64,000 nt of DNA from an uncultured Alphaproteobacteria bacterium (GCA_963732085.1 CAVSYJ010000011.1:95411-159410), one strand, 5' to 3'. Counted from the stretch's first letter, positions 10,523 to 20,064 are shown. Numbers and translations: made by a program. Notes: generated from the letters alone by a model not told the origin.

Positions 10523-11545
10523 ATGCTGTTTCCAACCACGATTGCGGGCTCGCTGCCAAAGCCGGAATGGCTGGCCGAACCGAACATGCTGTGGGCGCCC
10601 TGGAAGGCCAAGGGCGAGGAACTGGCGCGCGCCAAGCGCGACGCCACCATGCTTGCGGTGAAATTGCAGGAGGACGCCGGCGTCGACATCGTCACCGAGG
10701 GCGAGATGGCGCGTCAGCATTTCGTGCACGGCTTCCTGGAGAACATCGAGGGCATCGATTTCGCCCACAAGGTCGAGATGGGCATTCGCAAGGATCGCTA
10801 CAAGGCGATGGTGCCGCAGGTGGTGGCGCCGCTCGCGCTGAAGGGCCGCGTCCACGCCGACGAGGCGCGCGTCGCGCGCGCGCACACGAAGAACAAGCTG
10901 AAGTTCACCATGCCCGGCCCGATGACCATCATCGACACCATCGCGGACCGCTATTACGGCGACAAGGTCAAGATGGCCTTCGCCTTCGCCGATCTGCTCA
11001 ACCAGGAGGCCAAGGCGTTGCAGGCCGACGGCGTCGACGTGATCCAGTTCGATGAACCCGCCTTCAACGTCTACATGGACGAGGTGCGCGACTGGGGCAT
11101 CAAGGCGCTGGAGAAGGCCGCGGAGGGCCTGACTTGCACCACTGCCGTGCACATCTGCTACGGCTACGGCATCAAGGCCAACACCGACTGGAAGCAGACG
11201 CTGGGCGGCCAGTGGCGGCAATATGAGGAGACGTTCCCCTCGATCGACAACAGCTCGATCCAGCAGGTCGCGATCGAGTGCCGCAATTCGAAGGTGCCGC
11301 TGGAGCTGCTCGGCCTGCTCAAGGGCAAGGTGGTGCAGGCCGGCGTGATCGATGTCGCGAGCGATCAGGTCGAGACGGCGGAGGATGTCGTGGCCACAAT
11401 CGAAGCGGTGGCGAAATTCGTGCCGAAGAGCAACATCGTGGCGACCACCAATTGCGGCATGGCGCCGATGCGGCGCGACATCGCCGAGGCGAAACTTGCC
11501 GCACTCGGCGCCGGCGCGAAACTGGCGCGGCAGCGGCTGGGATGA
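10523..11545 (+). CDS. Core cobalamin-independent methionine synthase (catalytic domain only, MesD-like)
   Basis: About 340 aa; PTTIAGSLPKPEWLAEP, IQFDEPAFN, Zn ligands HICYGY / IEC / TNCGM; GGAGG RBS upstream. Confidence 0.85.
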   Translation: MLFPTTIAGSLPKPEWLAEPNMLWAPWKAKGEELARAKRDATMLAVKLQEDAGVDIVTEGEMARQHFVHGFLENIEGIDFAHKVEMGIRKDRYKAMVPQVVAPLALKGRVHADEARVARAHTKNKLKFTMPGPMTIIDTIADRYYGDKVKMAFAFADLLNQEAKALQADGVDVIQFDEPAFNVYMDEVRDWGIKALEKAAEGLTCTTAVHICYGYGIKANTDWKQTLGGQWRQYEETFPSIDNSSIQQVAIECRNSKVPLELLGLLKGKVVQAGVIDVASDQVETAEDVVATIEAVAKFVPKSNIVATTNCGMAPMRRDIAEAKLAALGAGAKLARQRLG

Positions 11546-11776
11546 TGGTTCGCGTTGCGTCAGGCGTCGCCGCGCTGGTGTTGTTGACCGTTGGCGCGGC
11601 GCGGGCCGGCGAACGCGATCAGCTTGATGCCTGCAGGGCCATGGTGGCGCAAGCTCTGCAGGCGGGCACGGCGCAGGACGATCCCGCGCTCGCAAAAATG
11701 CCGGCAGATCATCAAGGAATGGACGCTGCGCGACTCCCGCAGGAGCGTCGACGAGGACGGAAAGCCGCTGAAGTAA
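11542..11776 (+). CDS. Small exported hypothetical protein, frameshift in an A-run near 11695
   Basis: Signal-peptide-like MMVRVASGVAALVLLTVGAARA; continues after the shift as CRQIIKEWTLRDSRRSVDEDGKPLK*; ATG overlaps the upstream TGA. Confidence 0.65.
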
Positions 11777-11778
11777 TC

Positions 11779-11842
11779 GTAGCCCGGGTGAGCGAAGCGA
11801 TACCCGGGGTGACCCGCATATCGCTGCGCTCATGCGGGCTAC
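11779..11842. repeat. GTAG-type REP-like doublet
   Basis: gtagcccgggtgagcgaagcgatacccggg...ccgcatatcgctgcgctcatgcgggctac; its terminal cta is the TAG stop of the neighbouring minus-strand gene. Confidence 0.8.
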
Positions 11843-12456
11843 AAATGCTGCGCACTTGGATGCAGCACCGGCCGATAACCGGCCGCGAACGCGCGCACCG
11901 TCGACGGCGGCGTCAGCAACATCGCATCATCAGGCAAGCGCGCTGCGCGGCTGTAGCCGGCCGGCGACCATTTCAGCGCCCTGCCCTGCGCGATCAGAAA
12001 ACTGTCGCCGCCAGCCTGCACCATCGTCCCATCGGGCAATTTCGCGACCGGCATGGGCAGCCGATGCAGCTTCTTGCCGCTGGCCAGCCGCTCGCGATGC
12101 AGCACCGCATCAATCTCAGGCGCGAGAATGTCCTTCACGCGGTTACCACGCTCCCATGCTGCGCGAAAGCGGTTGGCGTCATCGCGGCGGCAGTAGAAGC
12201 ACGGCCGGTGACCGGCCGCGAAGGCGGTCGCCTCATCCAGGAAGAACAGCTCGGTCCAGCTTCGCCCGCCCATCACCATGCGCCGGCGTCCCCGGAATTC
12301 GAGCACGCAAATCAGCCAGGCCGGGCAGGACCAGCGCTTGCGCAGCAGCGTCCTGGTTGCGGGATCGTGGATGATGCCGCGATTGCCGGTGAATGTCCCG
12401 CGCTCAGGCGTGGCGACGATCTCGCCGGTGGGGGTGACGCGGTTTTGGAGGGGCAT
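11839..12456 (-). CDS. Conserved hypothetical protein with HRPCxxC motif
   Basis: MPLQNRVTPTGE, GNRGIIH, WTELFFLDEATAFAAGHRPCFYCRR; protein-like composition, GGAG RBS. Confidence 0.8.
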   Translation of the reverse strand: MPLQNRVTPTGEIVATPERGTFTGNRGIIHDPATRTLLRKRWSCPAWLICVLEFRGRRRMVMGGRSWTELFFLDEATAFAAGHRPCFYCRRDDANRFRAAWERGNRVKDILAPEIDAVLHRERLASGKKLHRLPMPVAKLPDGTMVQAGGDSFLIAQGRALKWSPAGYSRAARLPDDAMLLTPPSTVRAFAAGYRPVLHPSAQHL

Positions 12457-12466
12457 GGCGGTTCTT

Positions 12467-12619
12467 CTCCCTCTCCCCGTCCTTACGGGGAGAGGGTTGG
12501 GGTGAGGGGCTGCTTCCACGAACCAGGTGAGAGTTGAACTCGCGGAAACTCCCCCTCACCCGGATCGCATTTCGCTTCGCTGCATGCGATCCGACCTCTC
12601 CCCGCACGCGGGGAGAGGT
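12467..12619. repeat. ccctctccc...gggagaggg palindromic repeat, family C
   Basis: Two terminal hairpins plus inner ggtgagggg/cccctcacc arms; relatives at 15751, 17668 and 62404. Confidence 0.85.
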
Positions 12620-12627
12620 AAGAAAAG

Positions 12628-13155
12628 TCACGCCGCGCCATCCCGGATCGGGGGCTGGAACGACAGCGCGGTGTCCCAGGGGAAGAAGATCCAGGTGTCC
12701 TGCGATACCTCGGTGATGTAGGTATCGACCAGCGGCCGCCCCTGCGGCTTGGCATAGACTGTGGCGAAATGCGCATCCGGCATCATCTTGCGCACCAGCG
12801 CGCCGGTCTTGCCGGTATCGACGAGGTCGTCGACGATCAGAAGTCCCTTGCCGGTGCCGTCACCGAGTGCGGCGGTATCGGCAGAAATACCCTTCAGCAC
12901 TTTCAGGTCGCCCTGCTTGGTGTGATCGTAGCTCGCGATGCAGACGGTATCGATCACACGCACGCCGAGTTCGCGCGCCACGATCGCCGCCGGCACCAGG
13001 CCGCCGCGGGTGATCGCGATCACCGCATGGAACGGTCCGACCTCGTTGAGCCGCCAGGTCAGCGCCCGGCAATCCCGGTGGAACTGGTCCCATGACACCG
13101 GGAAGGCCTTGCCGGCCCGCTCCTGAGCGCTCAATTGGGGCATCATGTCCGCCAT
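12628..13155 (-). CDS. gpt: Xanthine-guanine phosphoribosyltransferase
   Basis: [23 protein letters not shown]-binding [22 protein letters not shown]. Confidence 0.92.
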   Translation of the reverse strand: MADMMPQLSAQERAGKAFPVSWDQFHRDCRALTWRLNEVGPFHAVIAITRGGLVPAAIVARELGVRVIDTVCIASYDHTKQGDLKVLKGISADTAALGDGTGKGLLIVDDLVDTGKTGALVRKMMPDAHFATVYAKPQGRPLVDTYITEVSQDTWIFFPWDTALSFQPPIRDGAA

Positions 13156-13181
13156 GTTGTCTCCTGCATCTTCCTGCAACT

Positions 13182-13311
13182 TAGAGCGCGATAAAATCAG
13201 GATGAATCGTCATCGCGCTCCAAATTCTTGTTTGCGCATGATCTCCGCGCAAACGCGTTCCGCGTTTGTCGCGAGGGAAAACCGCTGCACACTTTTCCGG
13301 ATCATGCGCTA
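13182..13311. repeat. Composite palindromic repeat (gagcgcgat...atcgcgctc plus gcgcatgatc...gatcatgcgc)
   Basis: Two adjacent inverted repeats; the last bases form the stop codon of the CinA-like gene. Confidence 0.75.
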
Positions 13312-14049
13312 ACGGTTCACCCCGAGTCCGGCCAGCATCTCCTTGACCGCGTTCATCGCCGCGTCGAGCTTGTCCGGATCGCGCGAGCGCACCACGAGAT
13401 TGGTGTTGGGCTTGCCGTTCTCGTCGAGGAACGGATAGCTGCCGATGATTGTGCCGGGATGGGCATTGGCGATCTCCCGCAAGGGACCGCCGATATCGCC
13501 CTCGCGCGAGTTGGCGCGCACGGTATCCGACAGCATCTTCACGCCGGACTTCAGCTTCGGCGAGACGATGTCCATCATCGCCTGCATGATCGAGGGCACG
13601 CCGGCCATCACGATGACATTCCCGATCTTGAAGCCCGGCGCCATGATGGTCGCGCTCTGGATCAGCTCGGCGCCATCGGGAATCCGCGCCATGCGCAGCC
13701 GCGCCTCGTTGAGTTCGCCGGGATTCTTGAAGCGTTCCCTGAAGCGGGCCACCACCTCGGGGTGATGGTCGATGCCGACGCCGAACGCCTTGGCCACGCT
13801 GTCGGCAGTGATGTCGTCATGGGTCGGGCCGATGCCGCCGGTGGTGAACACATAGGTGTAGCGGTTCCGCAGCGCGTCGAGTGCAGCGATGATGTCGTCC
13901 TCCTCGTCGGCGACGACGCGTACTTCCTTGAGATCGATGCCGATATTGGTGAGGTATTCGGCGATGAAACCGATGTTCTTGTCCTTGGTCCGCCCGGACA
14001 GGATCTCGTCGCCGATCACCAATATCCCGGCGGTGACGATCTCGCTCAT
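13309..14049 (-). CDS. CinA-N / molybdopterin-binding domain protein
   Basis: AGILVIGDEILSGRTKDKN, TTGGIGPTHDDIT, RLRMARIP, MAGVP. Confidence 0.9.
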   Translation of the reverse strand: MSEIVTAGILVIGDEILSGRTKDKNIGFIAEYLTNIGIDLKEVRVVADEEDDIIAALDALRNRYTYVFTTGGIGPTHDDITADSVAKAFGVGIDHHPEVVARFRERFKNPGELNEARLRMARIPDGAELIQSATIMAPGFKIGNVIVMAGVPSIMQAMMDIVSPKLKSGVKMLSDTVRANSREGDIGGPLREIANAHPGTIIGSYPFLDENGKPNTNLVVRSRDPDKLDAAMNAVKEMLAGLGVNR

Positions 14050-14216
14050 GACTTCAACCTTCCACCCATTACCGCAGCTCAAGAATGCCCAAGAGAATGC
14101 CGAGCCAAGTCCTTGAAGTCACGGGATTTTGCCGCCGATTTAGTCACCGGTCCGCCGCTTTTTCGGGCAACGCCATAAAACTCCACCGCAAGTGCCCTCA
14201 CACCATGCATATCGCG

Positions 14217-14233
14217 CTGGCCCGGCCCTTGCT
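14217..14233 (+). promoter_or_regulatory. Putative sigma54 (-24/-12) promoter
   Basis: CTGGCCCGGCCCTTGCT fits TGGC-N7-TTGC with exact GG-N10-GC spacing, about 50 bp upstream of the CP-ATP-grasp ATG. Confidence 0.65.
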
Positions 14234-14282
14234 ACCACCCCGTCAAGTCATGCACTGTTGTGCGCGGCGTTGAGGGGGTGCG

Positions 14283-15701
14283 ATGGCGGTTGCGTTCGAT
14301 GAGATGAATGGTCCCGGGGACGACCTCCGCCCCGCCTACCAGGAGCTCTCCCGCTGGCTGAAGGAGACGCCGCCGGACGCGCTGGAATATCGCCGCCAGG
14401 AAGCCGAGCTGCTGTTTCGCCGGATCGGCATCACCTTCGCGGTCTACGGCGATGCCGAGGCCCAGGAGCGGCTGATCCCCTTCGACGTCATCCCGCGCAT
14501 CCTGTCGGCAAAGGAATGGGCGCTGATGGAGAAGGGGCTGCGCCAGCGCGTGCGCGCGCTGAACATGTTCCTGCGCGACATCTACCACGGCCGCGACATC
14601 CTCCGCGCCGAAATCGTGCCCGAGGATCTGATCTTCCAGAACCCGGTGTTCCGCCCGGAGATGAACGGGCAGGACGTTCCCCACGACGTCTATGTGCATA
14701 TCGCCGGAATCGATATCGTCCGGGTCGACGCCGACAATTTCATCGTGCTGGAGGACAACGCGCGCACGCCGTCGGGCGTGTCGTACATGCTGGAAAACCG
14801 CGAGATCATGATGCGGCTGTTTCCGGACCTGTTCGCGCGCCATCGCATCGCGCCGGTCGAGCGCTATCCGGACGAATTATTGTCAGCGTTACGCTCGGTG
14901 GCGCCGTCGAGCGCCTCGTCGGAGCCAACGGTCGCGCTGATGACGCCCGGCGTCTACAACTCCGCCTATTACGAGCACTCCTTCCTCGCCGACAAGCTCG
15001 GCATCGAGCTGGTCGAGGGCCGCGACCTCATCGTCAAGAACGATGAGGTGTTCATGCGCACCACCGAAGGCCTGAAGCGGGTCGACGTGATCTATCGCCG
15101 GGTCGACGATGATTTCATCGATCCCCTCACCTTCCGCCCGGATTCCGCGCTCGGCGTGCCCGGCCTGATGTCGGCCTATGCCGCCGGCAACATCACGCTT
15201 GCGAACGCGGTCGGCACCGGGATTGCCGACGACAAGGCGATCTATTCCTACATGCCCGACATCGTGAAATTCTATCTGTCGGAAGAGCCGATCCTGAAGA
15301 ACGTGCCGACCTGGCGCTGCCGCGAGCCGAAGGACCTGTCGTACGTGCTCGACAATCTCGCCGAGCTGGTGGTCAAGGAAGTGCACGGCTCCGGCGGCTA
15401 CGGCATGCTGATCGGGCCGGCATCGACCAAGGCCACCATCGAGGCCTTCCGCGACAAGCTCAAGCGCGAGCCCGAAGGATTCATCGCGCAGCCGACGCTG
15501 GCGCTGTCGACCTGTCCGACCTGCACCGCGGCCGGCCTCGCGCCGCGGCATGTCGACCTGCGCCCGTTCGTGCTGACCGGCAGCAAGCGCACCACCATCG
15601 TGCCGGGCGGATTGACCCGCGTCGCTCTGAAGGAAGGCTCGCTGGTGGTCAATTCCAGTCAGGGCGGCGGGACGAAGGATACGTGGATATTGGATGAGTG
15701 A
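14283..15701 (+). CDS. Circularly permuted type 2 ATP-grasp protein
   Basis: GITFAVYG, ERLIPFDVIPR, VLEDNARTPSGVSYMLENR, NSAYYEH, IYRRVDDDFIDPL, RHVDLRPF, NSSQGGGTKDTW. Confidence 0.95.
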   Translation: MAVAFDEMNGPGDDLRPAYQELSRWLKETPPDALEYRRQEAELLFRRIGITFAVYGDAEAQERLIPFDVIPRILSAKEWALMEKGLRQRVRALNMFLRDIYHGRDILRAEIVPEDLIFQNPVFRPEMNGQDVPHDVYVHIAGIDIVRVDADNFIVLEDNARTPSGVSYMLENREIMMRLFPDLFARHRIAPVERYPDELLSALRSVAPSSASSEPTVALMTPGVYNSAYYEHSFLADKLGIELVEGRDLIVKNDEVFMRTTEGLKRVDVIYRRVDDDFIDPLTFRPDSALGVPGLMSAYAAGNITLANAVGTGIADDKAIYSYMPDIVKFYLSEEPILKNVPTWRCREPKDLSYVLDNLAELVVKEVHGSGGYGMLIGPASTKATIEAFRDKLKREPEGFIAQPTLALSTCPTCTAAGLAPRHVDLRPFVLTGSKRTTIVPGGLTRVALKEGSLVVNSSQGGGTKDTWILDE

Positions 15702-15750
15702 GATTTTAAATCCGAGCTTCGGCTTCGAAGCCGCGAGCACTACTCTCTCG

Positions 15751-15853
15751 CTCCCCTCCCCCTTGCGGGGAGGGGTTGGGGGTGGGGGTGCCCAACAACG
15801 ACAACATGTGTTGCTCACCCCCCTCCCTGACCCTCCCCCGCAAGGGGGGAGGG
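15751..15853. repeat. Family C palindromic repeat
   Basis: ccctcccccttgcggggagggg...ccctcccccgcaaggggggaggg between the ATP-grasp and alpha-E genes. Confidence 0.8.
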
Positions 15854-15873
15854 AAAACTGCCAGCGTGCCTGA

Positions 15874-16818
15874 ATGCTGTCGCGAACCGCCGAAAACCTC
15901 TATTGGCTGGCCCGCTATGTCGAGCGGGCGGAATATATCGCGCGCACCATCGACGCGACCTTGCGCGTCACCGCGCTGCCCGCGGCCTATATCGGCAAGA
16001 CCAATGAGTGGGAGTCGGCGCTGCTCACCGCAGGCGTCAGCGAAAGTTTCTTCAAGACATACAAGGACGCCAACGAGACCAACGTCGTCGAATATCTGTC
16101 GTTCTCGGCTGACAATCCCTCCTCGATCAGGAACTGCATCGAGGCCTCCCGCCTCAACTCGCGCTCGGTACGAACAGCGTTGACCAGCGAGATGTGGGAC
16201 ACCATCAACGGTGCCTGGATCGAGCTGCAGGAGGTCTGGAGCAAAGGGACTGCCAGCCGTGAGGAACTCGCGCGCTTCCTGCGTTTCGTGCAGGAGACCT
16301 CGTTGCGCTTCGACGGCTCGGCCTACCGCACCATGCTGCGCAACGACGCCTACTGGTTCTCACGGCTCGGGCTGCATCTGGAGCGCGCCGACAACACCGC
16401 GCGCATCCTCGACGTCAAATATCACGTGCTCCTGCCGGAAGAGGAGCATGTCGGCGGCCCGCTCGATTTCTACCAGTGGACCTCGATCCTGCGCTCGGTC
16501 TCGGCGCTGACCGCCTATCACTGGGTTTATCGCGAGACGCTCAAACCCTGGCTGATTGCGGATCTGCTGATCCTCAACAACTCGCTGCCGCGTTCCCTCG
16601 CCAGCTGCTACGGCAATCTCGTGCGCAACCTCGACCAGATCGGCGTCGCCTATGGCCGCCAGGGCCCGGCGCAGCGCCATGGCCGCGGCATCCGCAACCG
16701 GCTCGAACATTCCAACATGAACGACATCTTCCAGCACGGCGTGCACGAATTCATCCAGGAGTTCATCGCGGATAATTCGCGGCTCGGCGAAATCATCACC
16801 AAGCAGTATCTGATCTGA
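15874..16818 (+). CDS. Alpha-E domain protein (DUF403)
   Basis: MLSRTAENLYWLARYVERAE and a second ER motif LGLHLERADNTARILDVKY; PRSL. Confidence 0.95.
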   Translation: MLSRTAENLYWLARYVERAEYIARTIDATLRVTALPAAYIGKTNEWESALLTAGVSESFFKTYKDANETNVVEYLSFSADNPSSIRNCIEASRLNSRSVRTALTSEMWDTINGAWIELQEVWSKGTASREELARFLRFVQETSLRFDGSAYRTMLRNDAYWFSRLGLHLERADNTARILDVKYHVLLPEEEHVGGPLDFYQWTSILRSVSALTAYHWVYRETLKPWLIADLLILNNSLPRSLASCYGNLVRNLDQIGVAYGRQGPAQRHGRGIRNRLEHSNMNDIFQHGVHEFIQEFIADNSRLGEIITKQYLI

Positions 16819-16820
16819 TC

Positions 16821-17657
16821 ATGCGTCTCCGGATTTCCCACTCCACCACCTATCGTTACCAACCGGCTGCGACCGGCGTGATCCAGATCCTGCGGATGAC
16901 GCCCGGCAGCCATGACGGCCAGTATGTCGCGGAATGGCAGATCGACGTTTCCGCCAACTCCCGGCTCGAGATGCGCGAGGATGCGTTCGGCAACGTCACC
17001 CATGTGATGACCCACGGTCCGATCGAGGACCTCAACATCACCGTCAACGGGCTGATCGAGACGCACGACACCGGCGGCATCCTGCGCGGCACCGACGAGC
17101 GCTTTCCGCCAAGCCTGTTTTTGCGTTCGACGCAGCTGACCGAGGTCACCCCCGCAATGGCCAACTTCGCGCGGGGCCTGCGCGCGGAAGCCGACGAGGA
17201 CGCGCTCGGCTTCCTGCACACGCTGATGATGCAGATCAGCGAGCACATGACCTTCGACGAGGACCCGACCAACAGCGGCACCTCGGCAATCGAGGCCTTC
17301 GGTCTGCGGCGCGGCGTGTGCCAGGACTATGCGCACATCTTCATCGCTTGCGCGCGCACCGCCGGCGTGCCGGCACGCTTCGTGTCCGGGCATTTCCTGC
17401 GCGCCGACGACGTGGTCAACCAGCAGGCCGGACATGCCTGGGCCGAAGCCTGCGTGCCCAATCTCGGCTGGGTCGGCTTCGATCCGGCGAATTGCATCTG
17501 CACCACGGATGCGCACGCCCGTATCGCGATCGGGCTGGACTATCTCGGCGCCGCTCCCGTGCGCGGCACCCGCTATGGCGGCGGCATGGAGACGCTGACG
17601 GTCGCGGTCACCGTCGAGCAGGCCGGCCGACCCGGCCAGTGGCAGAGCCAGTCGTAG
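16821..17657 (+). CDS. Transglutaminase-like protein
   Basis: N-terminal RISHSTTYRY and DAFGN; catalytic triad GVCQDYAH / HAWAE / GFDP. Confidence 0.95.
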   Translation: MRLRISHSTTYRYQPAATGVIQILRMTPGSHDGQYVAEWQIDVSANSRLEMREDAFGNVTHVMTHGPIEDLNITVNGLIETHDTGGILRGTDERFPPSLFLRSTQLTEVTPAMANFARGLRAEADEDALGFLHTLMMQISEHMTFDEDPTNSGTSAIEAFGLRRGVCQDYAHIFIACARTAGVPARFVSGHFLRADDVVNQQAGHAWAEACVPNLGWVGFDPANCICTTDAHARIAIGLDYLGAAPVRGTRYGGGMETLTVAVTVEQAGRPGQWQSQS

Positions 17658-17667
17658 GCCGTGATGT

Positions 17668-17812
17668 TTACCCTCTCCCCTTGTGGGAGAGGGTGGATCG
17701 CCGATGCGAAGCAGCGGCGAGCCGGGTGAGGGGTTCTATCGTTGGAGACGAACCCCTCACCCGGTTTCTCGCTTCGCTCGAAACCACCCTCTCCCACAAG
17801 GGGAGAGGGTAA
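17668..17812. repeat. Family C palindromic repeat
   Basis: ttaccctctccccttgtgggagagggtgg...ccaccctctcccacaaggggagagggtaa, near-perfect outer arms. Confidence 0.9.
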
Positions 17813-17843
17813 CCGAGTGCGTGGCACGAGATCCGCTTCGCCG

Positions 17844-19436
17844 TCACTTATCCAGCCACACATCCTCCCAGCGCAGATTGTTGTACTGGCTGTTGTCGTG
17901 CGGATGATAGCCCTTGACGTAAGGCTGCCAGCAATTGGCGGCGGACGAGTGCAGGATCACCGGCCGCGCGGCGTCCTCGACCAGGATGCGCTCGATGTCC
18001 CAGACCAGTTGCCTGCGCTTGTCGCGATCGAGCTCGCGCGACTGCGCCGATAGCAGCCGGTCCACCTCGGCGTTGCAATATTGCGTGTAATTGCGCTCGG
18101 AATTGCAGGAATAGTTCTCGACGATGTTGCCGTCGGGATCGTCGACCGACACGCCCGTCACGTTGAGCCCGATGGTGTACTCCTTGCGCGAAAGCTTGGA
18201 GTACCAGCGCGGCGTGTCGAGGATGTCGAGCTCGCTGACGATATGGATCTTCTTGAGCTGGTCGGAGACGATCACGGCCGGATCGCGATAGGTCGGCAGA
18301 TTGCGTGTCTGGATCTTGATCTGCAACGGCTTGGCGTCGCTGTAGCCGAGCCTCTCCATGATCGCCTGCGCCTCACCGAGATTCTTTTCGGTGTCCGCGC
18401 CGTAGCCGGTCAGCGAAGCCAACATCTCTTCCGGCATGCCCCACTCGCCCTCCGGCTTCGGCAGCATGGCGCCGCCGAGCCGCCCATGCCCTTCCATCAG
18501 GATGGTGTTGAACGGCTTGCGGTCGAGCGCCAGCGACATGGCTTTGCGGATCTCGGGATTGTCGAACGGCGGATTGACGCGGTTGACCATCAGGTTGATC
18601 AGCGTGCCGGTGGTCGTCATCTCGCAGATCGCGTTCGGCGCCCGCTCTTTCATGTCTTTCAGCAGCGGCACGCTGACGTCGGAGGGAAAGGTGATATCGA
18701 ACTCGCCGGTCGAGAACGCCAGCATCCGCGTGGCGCGGCTGTCGATCACCCGAAAGGTGATCTCGTCGAGATAAGGCCGATCCTTTTTGAAGTAATCGGG
18801 ATTGCGCACCAGCCGGATCGAGGCGCCGCGACGGAACTCGACCAGCTTGAACGGGCCGGTACCGATCGGATTGGTGCGCATCGTCTGCTGCGGCACGTGG
18901 CAGGGATAGACCGGCGAGAAGGCGCTGGCGAGCAGCACCGGCAGGCTCGGCTGCGGCTCGCTCAGCTCGAAGGTCGCCTCGAAGTCGCCGTTGACAGAGA
19001 CGTCTTGCAGCTTGGTGTACCAGACCTTGCGCGGGTTGCGTTTGAAATCGGAGGTGTCGCCCTTGCCGATCAGCATCCGCCAGGTGCATTGCACGTCCTT
19101 TGCGGTGAACGGCTGACCGTCGTGCCATTTCACGCCCTGCCTCAGCTTGAACGTCAGCTTCGTGTTGGTGGAATCCCACGACCAGCTCTCGGCGAGATCG
19201 GGGATGACGGTGTCGAGGCTCTCATGCGGCTTGGCGGGGTCGAACACCACGAGGTTGTTGAAGATCGCCGCGAACGGCGTCACCGAGGCGATGGTGGATT
19301 CCTCGTGCAGCGAGGTCGAGGGCGGCAGGTCGTTGTGATAGAGCCGGAGCGTGCCGCCTCTCTTTTGCGCGGCGGCGGGCGTTGCGAGCAGCGCGACGCA
19401 CAGTGCGATCAGCGCGCCTCGCCTGTTGGTCCGCAT
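17844..19436 (-). CDS. Orphan peptide/nickel-type ABC substrate-binding protein (family 5)
   Basis: Signal peptide, KRGGTL, PDLAESWSW, FKLRQGVKWHDG, PIGTGPFK, PFDNPEIRKA. Confidence 0.92.
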   Translation of the reverse strand: MRTNRRGALIALCVALLATPAAAQKRGGTLRLYHNDLPPSTSLHEESTIASVTPFAAIFNNLVVFDPAKPHESLDTVIPDLAESWSWDSTNTKLTFKLRQGVKWHDGQPFTAKDVQCTWRMLIGKGDTSDFKRNPRKVWYTKLQDVSVNGDFEATFELSEPQPSLPVLLASAFSPVYPCHVPQQTMRTNPIGTGPFKLVEFRRGASIRLVRNPDYFKKDRPYLDEITFRVIDSRATRMLAFSTGEFDITFPSDVSVPLLKDMKERAPNAICEMTTTGTLINLMVNRVNPPFDNPEIRKAMSLALDRKPFNTILMEGHGRLGGAMLPKPEGEWGMPEEMLASLTGYGADTEKNLGEAQAIMERLGYSDAKPLQIKIQTRNLPTYRDPAVIVSDQLKKIHIVSELDILDTPRWYSKLSRKEYTIGLNVTGVSVDDPDGNIVENYSCNSERNYTQYCNAEVDRLLSAQSRELDRDKRRQLVWDIERILVEDAARPVILHSSAANCWQPYVKGYHPHDNSQYNNLRWEDVWLDK

Positions 19437-19491
19437 GGCTGCCTCCCGATCTTTTTATTGGGGCGCAGCGTGCAGGAGGTTTGGCGTCTAA

Positions 19492-19881
19492 TCAATACTC
19501 GCAATTGCGGTAATCGGAGGCTTCGCAGGCCAGCGTCATCTCGCGCGCCTGCGCCAGCTCCTGTGCGCTCATGTTGCGCGATATCTCCTGCGCTTCAGCC
19601 TTCGCCACGGCATCGCCGCGGGCGGCCGCGATGCTGAGCCACATGAAGGCATGCGCCGAACTCCTCGCGACGCCCTGCCCCTTGCGGTACATCGCACCGA
19701 TCGTCGCCGCCGCCCTGGGGTTGCCCTCTCGCGCCAGCGGCCGGAACAGCTTCATGGCCGGCAGATAGTCGCCCCGGTTATAGGCGGCCATGCCGTCTTC
19801 CCAGGGGCCCGCGAGCGCGCCGGCTCCGCGTAGCGTGAGCGCGGCCACGATCAGGCCGCCCGCAATGACCAGCTTTTTCAT
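19492..19881 (-). CDS. Sel1-repeat exported protein
   Basis: Signal peptide, AYNRGDY, AREGNPRA, MYRKGQGV, WLSIAAARG. Confidence 0.85.
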   Translation of the reverse strand: MKKLVIAGGLIVAALTLRGAGALAGPWEDGMAAYNRGDYLPAMKLFRPLAREGNPRAAATIGAMYRKGQGVARSSAHAFMWLSIAAARGDAVAKAEAQEISRNMSAQELAQAREMTLACEASDYRNCEY

Positions 19882-19899
19882 GGCACAACCCTCTGCCCG

Positions 19900-20064
19900 C
19901 CAGTGGAGCGGATTTGACGTTCGCTAACCCAGCCGCCGCGCACTCGGAAGCGAACGTCAAATCCAAAGCTCCACTGGAATCGGCATTTTCGAGTGGTCCT
20001 TCTGATTCCAACATTCGCAAAAGTGCCTGCTAAAATGGGGTGCGAATGTTGGAATCGGACCACT
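19900..20064. repeat. Mirror-image doublet of bulged hairpins, family D
   Basis: 19900-19977 and 19992-20064 each have an 8-10 bp outer stem, a one-sided 3-4 nt bulge, a 16 bp inner stem and a 21-23 nt loop. Confidence 0.85.
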
